A stretch of 59,538 nucleotides of DNA, the filler included, from Porpidia crustulata (Eukaryota): the NCBI GenBank assembly GCA_964255105.1. It is 4 parts of 4 records of this genome, joined end to end, with 100 filler letters (N's around TTAATTAATTAA, not from the genome) between each part and the next. Parts side by side here need not be neighbours in the genome. Positions count along the whole stretch, not along the records: positions 44,763 to 59,538 come from CAXUWE010000359.1; 3 more parts are not named here. The stretch is one strand, 5' to 3'. Made by a program: the position numbers and the translations under genes. The notes below the pieces were generated by a model. That model saw only the letters and a program-made list of their open reading frames with translations. It ran no database searches and was not told the origin of the DNA. Positions within the stretch are counted from its first letter, which is position 1. Each line of letters starts with the position of its first letter. Shown here one piece after another: positions 53,352 to 59,538 of the stretch.

Positions 53352-55177
53352 TCAATTGGTTCCATCGCTCGACTTGCCACCGGCCCATCCGCAAGTGAAC
53401 TTGCATTTGTACTTCTTTACATCACCGCTCGGCGTTTTCTCGCAATACGGGATTTTCTTGTTGTCGTTCTGCGTGGTATCCCACACCTGCTGTCCGAGTA
53501 CAAAATCCACACGGCCACGATCCTTCGCATTAGGGGTCATTTGCAGCAATTCCTCGAGCTTGCTTTGCAAAGCGTACGGGTGATCAAGAGTTGCGGTTTC
53601 GGGCTGGGTGTATCCGATCTGGTTACCGTTATTGTCGATGATGAGCGGCTCGAATAGATACTCTCCGGTTTTGTCCGTGTTGCTGGTTTTGGACTGCTTG
53701 AGCTCGAGAGAGCAGGTGCCTGTGGCGTAAGGGGCTGGTGTGGGTGCGGGACCGGAAGTCTCTGGATTTGCTGCTGTTGGCCCACCGCCCTCGTCGAAGA
53801 GGTTAAATATGTCCTGTTCGCTCATGGTGGAATCGGGGTAGAGGAGGGGCAGATTGTCGTCCGTGAGGCCCAGACCTTGGAAGCTCCAGTCTTCCTTGGT
53901 GGCATCATATTGCAGATTGGCATTTTTATACTCTGGGCTTTTGGCATCAAGATCAGGCAAGTGTTTGCTTACTGCGCCAGCATCTTGGTTGTCAATACTG
54001 CCTTGGGTAGGAACGTCGCCCAGCTTGAATTGTTCCATGAAGTACGCCACTACACAATGTCGCCCGTTAGTGCCCGTAGATTTCTCGCGGGAAAGGGGGA
54101 ATATCTACCGGTAGCTGCAGTTGCAAAAGCGTCCGCTAGAAATAGCTGTCAGCAATGGTTCAAGGACGTGTCTTTTGAAAGGCGATCTATCCAGTCACTA
54201 CCCCATATGCGTGTCTTTGCAGATTCATGCTGCGGGCTGTTGGAAGTAACTTCAGCCAGGGAGGCCTTACCTAAGTACATTGTAGAAACCCAGAATAGTT
54301 CCCCGAACCCAGCGACTAGCTCTCCTTTGGTTCCGTAAGATTGCGCCGGAGGGGCAAGTCGGTAAGGGTAGATGACGTCCGGCATTCGGCCCCCGTATTA
54401 GGTATCGTTGACCAAGCTGGGGAAATGCATGGATTCGTGGTAGTAGGTTTGGCCGTAAGCCATCCACTGCCAAAGAGCATCAAGCTTGTTTTTCTTGCCA
54501 TCATTCACAGCCTTTTTGATGTCATCTATACTCTTCTTGTGCTAGTAGTAGAAAGGGCAGAAAACGATATTGTACGAGTTCTGTAAGAGGAAAGTTAGAA
54601 AGGGAATGCGGTCTGCATGGTGCCTTGGAAGTCCTTGGAAGTCCTTGGAAGTACCCACGTGGAAGTAACCTCGCATTATGAAGGAATATGCACAATCTCT
54701 GGGTCCACAATCACTTCTGCCCCCATCGTATGGAGATTTTCCGTCTTTCTCTTTGCAATATATATAAACCCAAGATTGAGGGAATGTCCAATTTGCCTGG
54801 TGTACTTTTACTTGGTTCCTTTGGGCTTCTGTGCAGCGTCAGAAGGGGATTAGAAGAGCCATACTGAGTGTTGTAAGCCGCATCAACGTACGTTTGATGG
54901 AGGCACTCCGTGGCGAGTCTTTACTGTCTTTGCCCATGTACTTGTCGAACGCAGGCTGCCACTTCCCTCCTGCCTTCCATTTCACAGCCTCTTTAGCTAT
55001 TGCAAGGTGATCTTTCCAGGCCTTGGCTTCTACTGCCTTTTGGTCTTTGTCACAGTCGTAGAGATACCTCTTGGCATACTGTGGAGTAAGCGTAGGCTCA
55101 GGATCGTCCCGACGATCGATTATGCCAGCGAACGCTGGAGTTGCGAGCAGTATGACGAATGACAGGAGTATGCGCAT
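53352..55177 (-). pseudogene. Secreted zincin-type (HExxH, M35/deuterolysin-like) metalloprotease with Cys-containing C-terminal domain, interrupted by two in-frame stops
   Basis: Signal peptide MRILLSFVILLATPAFA; predicted exons 55177-54892, 54828-54659, 54580-54271, 54135-54109, 54049-53352; IVFCP, HESMH (54439-54425), ADAFA; TAG at 54544-54542 and TAA at 54400-54398. Confidence 0.7.
54623..54652 (+). repeat. 10-bp tandem repeat x3 (CCTTGGAAGT) in an intron
   Basis: Read directly from the sequence. Confidence 0.9.
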
Positions 55178-56419
55178 GTTTTCGAATTGTTAGGGTTTGG
55201 AGTGAGATAACTATTTCCAGGACAAGAAGTTCTTTAAGCACAGGCAAAATGTTCTGCTAATGCAGATGGAGGGGCGTGCTTTGTACTCATATTCATACAA
55301 ATTGGCCGGCAGCAGTCACCACCACGCTGACAGAATCTAACATAGCTCTCTATCAGTATTCATCCTCGAGTCCTAACGTGAAACCTCATCAGCCTCAATC
55401 CAAGATTCCAAGGTGAAACGATACCGGTCATAATCCTAATGCTCTACTGTAAAACGTAACCAGTCTCGATCCCAGATTCCTAATGTGAATCCGCTTTGAC
55501 CTGGATACTAAGGTAACAGCATGGTACTTGCCAGCCATGATCCTAAAGCCGGCCTGTGCCACCTCGCCGGCCTGGATCCCACAGTGTGAACGTGAAACCC
55601 TTTTCGACCTCCAAGTCATTGCAAGGAATTCTCCAGCCTCGATCGCAAACATTGTTAAGATGGGGCTCAGCATCCATTCTCGTGGCGAGTTATATGACAG
55701 CGCTACAAGACAGCTGTGTGTACCATCATGACACGTCATAGACGTTGCTTTCAAAGCTGAATGCCCCTCATAGCTTACATGATTACATCTTTTGGTGTTC
55801 ATGGCTTTCTAGCTCATGAGAATCCTGATGTTCACGTAGATAATGAAGCCGCGATGGGATCATCCGCTGAGAGCAATTGCATCCAATAGCTTTTAAGTGT
55901 TCTGTCCATGCAAGGACGAATGTGTTTTGTGATCGTATCCCAGATAGCCATGTGGTTCCTTTGTTGTAGGCGCTTGCAATGTGGCTCATCTGAAAGCAGT
56001 TGATCTGATGATGCTGACGGAGTACGAAGTAGTTGTTTCAAGCTCTTCGGCGTTTTGGCGCCTAGGGTTTCCCAATTAGGCGCCTGCTAAGCCTGAAGTC
56101 GCGGTATCATCCTTCGTAAAGGATCATCGATTCCGCCCATACTCCGTAATGACCCAAAAGCTAGAGCGGCGTGTGGCATGGAAATCCTCCAGGGACTACG
56201 TTCAGGTGGAGTGGTGTTGGGGAATCCGTGCAATTGGGCTGAGAGCAACATCACTGGGGAGACCAAGGATTGGCGGCAGAGCAAAGTAGAATTGCAATCA
56301 CATCACATCAGTCGACGTGAGATTCTAGATACCAACACATTTGTCAACATTCTACACTGCAGCATCCTCTCTCCGATTCTTTCTCCGGACTTCATGGTCG
56401 ATAAGCCCCAGCAGCAATC

Positions 56420-57657
56420 ATGGGCGTAATCAAGCTTTTCAGCATTGCCGCGATGATTCTCAGCCTGATTATTCCCCTCTTGGCTAAGCAAATAATCGAT
56501 TGCGAAAGATGTGGCCTTGAGCACCTATTACGATCTCCAGCTATAGGAATTGATATCAACACGGATTATCTGTGCGAGTCCTCTGAGCCTTCGCATCACA
56601 TGTACTAATGATGTGCGGCAGAACAGCTGCCATCAAGTACGCTGACGGAAGCCTTGGACAGCTCGCGAAAATCACGGCAAGTGATGAACTCCGGACACTG
56701 ATGAAAGAATGGGCGAAAGAACCTATAGCAGTCTTCCCCGAATACGTCCCGACGCCGTAATTAGGTCGTTATTCGACTGATTATGCTCTTCTCCATAGCA
56801 GCGACTCTTTCAATGATATGGCGTCTGATAGAGTTCCTCTCACCCCGGAGGCGGAGGTCCTACACAAGGCGCTCGCAGGACTGATCGACGAAATCTCCAT
56901 CAAACTCCCAAAGCTAGATCTACAGCATCAACATTACGCACTTTCCCTCCCTCCCTTCGTCAACCGGCGATACTTCCATCATGCCCAACAAGCTGCTACC
57001 AAGACCGGACTCATGACCGCCAATACTGGATGGGTTGGCCATAGCGATAGAACGACGCACAGAATGTACAATGCGCTTTTCTGCACTTATCATATACACC
57101 CACATGATCCACTCTGCGCGAACGGTGAGCCGGAGGGTGGTGTCTTCGACGCTCTTGTCACCGATTACAGCTCATCATTTCTGACAATCACCTGGCTAGA
57201 CACGTTCGACCCTTATGCTCTACGGAAAGGCGGCTTTGCCAATGGTGAATTGGGGGGACGCTCAGTTCGCGACAGTGAATACTGGGCCAGTATGCGAGCG
57301 TGTATCGCGGCCCTCCTGCGCTCTGTAGACAAAGAGCGCTGCCGAGATGACGATGAGATGGAGTTGTTCCCTGGAGTAGGTTTTAACCAGCTGATCTTTC
57401 TGGGTGAGCTTGGCACAGATGATTTGCTGCGGAATTTCCTACGCGATGTCCTTGCTGGGACGCTGTTTGCATTCGACACCGTTACAATACATGATTCGCA
57501 TAGCTCGGTGTTTGCCAGTGCGATTAGTGCCGCAGTTGCTGAAAAGGCGGTTATGGACGCTCCGAAGCCACGGAACTGTAATGTACTTCAGAAATGTGAG
57601 AAACTGCGAGAGCGGGTTTATGACGAGGCACGTTTGAGTCTTCAGAATGAGCTTTGA
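56420..57657 (+). CDS. Predicted secreted protein, possibly a divergent actin-like ATPase/Hsp70-fold member
   Basis: Signal-like N-terminus; predicted exons 56420-56571, 56622-56756, 56799-57657; AIGIDINTDYLTAAI, ALSLPPF, LIFLGE and VFASAISAA resemble sugar kinase/Hsp70/actin-fold elements. Confidence 0.55.
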
Positions 57658-59538
57658 TCTGGCTGTAGGTTTCTTGACTATGTCTTCGTCCTTCTTCAAA
57701 CTAGAGCTAGATCACCAAGACTATATTATGAACTCGGAATGATCTGATTTCTCATTCACTGAAAATGCAACATTCTCAGGACAGCGCAGACATGACAACT
57801 AATTTAAGCAGATCTCTGTCGCATCCGAAATTCTCAAAAAATGATAAACTTATTCTGTGTTTCAACGGTTTCCTTGTCAGAATGCAGGACTCGAGGTCAA
57901 CCAGAGACAACAGGAAGATTCTCAACCTCGATTCCACTTCTGACTGTGCCCCGCTTGAATGGAATCAAATGCTCTTCTTCACAGACCAAGGACGGAACTT
58001 GAGACCGAGACGTCTCTATGATTTTCGGACGGTGTTTCCGTCGATATTCTTCAGATCACTTATCTGAGAAGTTTAGCACACTGCAGAAACACCGCTCGAA
58101 TACAATTAACGATGCCGTTTTTATTTCATTTGACACGAAGGCGGCTGTTTAAATCATAGCGTGAGTACAAGATTTACGCTCTTTGCAGCTGTGAACAGTA
58201 CCCAAGCTTTCGATCGATCCTACTCTCAATCATGACTTCAATTGTTATTCAGACGTGTTCAAGTCCGTGCAATTTTCTCTGTCGCTGTTTGAAAAAGATG
58301 TATTTTGTTTGTAGCCCACAACTTCAAATCAATCGTCTCGTCGGATGATTGAATCAATACGAGACTTGAACCGTCCTTATATAGTCTTTCAAGATGCAAA
58401 ATGTCATGTTCACATACGCACGAGAAATCGTTGCGCTGTCTAAGTATACTGCTTCAAGTAAATCTATAATGTTTACTTTTCGCCTTCAAAGAGTTGCAAT
58501 GTGCATCTCGCAGTCTCTGATAATGTTGTTGAACTGCGCTCATGCATGTTCAGTCACTCCCGCAGGTCAAGACTTTCGGCTAGACTCAGATAAACAACTA
58601 GATTCAGATCCTCGGAGCTACTGCTCGCAGCAGAACTGCACACTTGGAGAGAGAGAAAAGGCCCACGTGAGCACGAGCCTAATCTACCCAAACTGGGAGA
58701 GCACGAGGCTCGAAGTCAGTGGCTGTCTACTTGCATCGACTCACAGATATCGCTGGATCGATTACGGATATATTGGTACTAACTACCACAAACCAGAACA
58801 CCTCTCAACTGTCGGACCTCCATAAGCGAAATTAAGGATACGTATAGCCTAGTATATGTCCATTAGTCTTAAAGCTAGCATAGCTGACATAACGGAATAG
58901 GCACCTACCATATCGCCGTCATCATACCGAAGCAAACACGGGAGAGACCAGGCGCCGTTACCTTAGACCGCTCCCTGAGGAATTGCTCCCGCAGAAAGCT
59001 GGCGCTTTGCCGCCAACGAACAAGTCAGCTTTCTCAAGAACCCCTGATGCGATGGATCGAAATGCATGATCATGGTTTCAGATTGATTGTGCAAAAGTAG
59101 TGTGCCTGTAAAATGCCGCGGGTGTGGTGAATGTCAAATCGGAATTTGTGTGAAAAGCTGTTCTTAGCAGCCTGTACGGATGTACGAGCGATAAAGACAC
59201 AAGAACCACGGTACGCCGCCGACGCATCGCTATTCCCTTGCAATCACGTCTCACCGCCTCGCTGAGGAACTCTCCTATCAAGCAGATTCCTTTCAACAGC
59301 GCGGTGAAAGCGCCAGTAAGTCGGTGGAGGGGGACCTCGATATCTCGACTCATTTACTGTCGCGCTTGCTGGGTCGGGCGGAATGATAGATGGGTTAGTG
59401 GTACTTCGCGAAGGAGGGCCTGCGCAGGTGTAACAGATTCGGGTCGAAGAATAAATAATAGGTAGGTTTACTTATACTAATTTTACGCTTCTACCGGTTC
59501 CATAGTGATCATGGGATGTCCCACCACCCCCCAAATCC

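Noticed and set aside
56057..56084. GGCGCCTA...TAGGCGCC hairpin
   Set aside because: An 8-bp stem is expected by chance in 60 kb; no supporting context
57765..59465. ORFs of 75-143 aa at the window end
   Set aside because: No domain signal; likely spurious

Overview
Eukaryotic DNA from an intron-containing filamentous ascomycete (Pezizomycotina-type genes, with GT-AG introns and CTRAC-type branch points). Three 100-nt N/TTAATTAATTAA linkers join four sequence segments, so gene adjacency across them is not proven. Bases 1-49 kb are mostly housekeeping genes: SLC1, ACC1, an amino acid/choline-type permease, nudE, DCN1, MVP1, ELG1, a UTP8-like gene, GPI10, a methyltransferase, ornithine decarboxylase, two conserved-looking hypothetical genes, RPL17 and NOP1. 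Bases 49-59.5 kb look accessory: a HET-domain gene, a stop-interrupted secreted HExxH metalloprotease and a secreted divergent Hsp70/actin-fold-like gene. The most striking observation is at DCN1. The 1344-codon orphan ORF at 15268-19302 fills a 3985-nt intron 2 of DCN1 on the same strand and is in frame with DCN1 exon 3. A second same-phase acceptor would splice it in, predicting a giant DCN1 isoform with about 1275 extra residues. Other observations: an AUG-less, PP-stop upstream coding region in the ODC leader, a GC-AG intron, and a possible splice-site-sequestering hairpin in RPL17 intron 1. All calls are from reading the sequence; no database searches were run.
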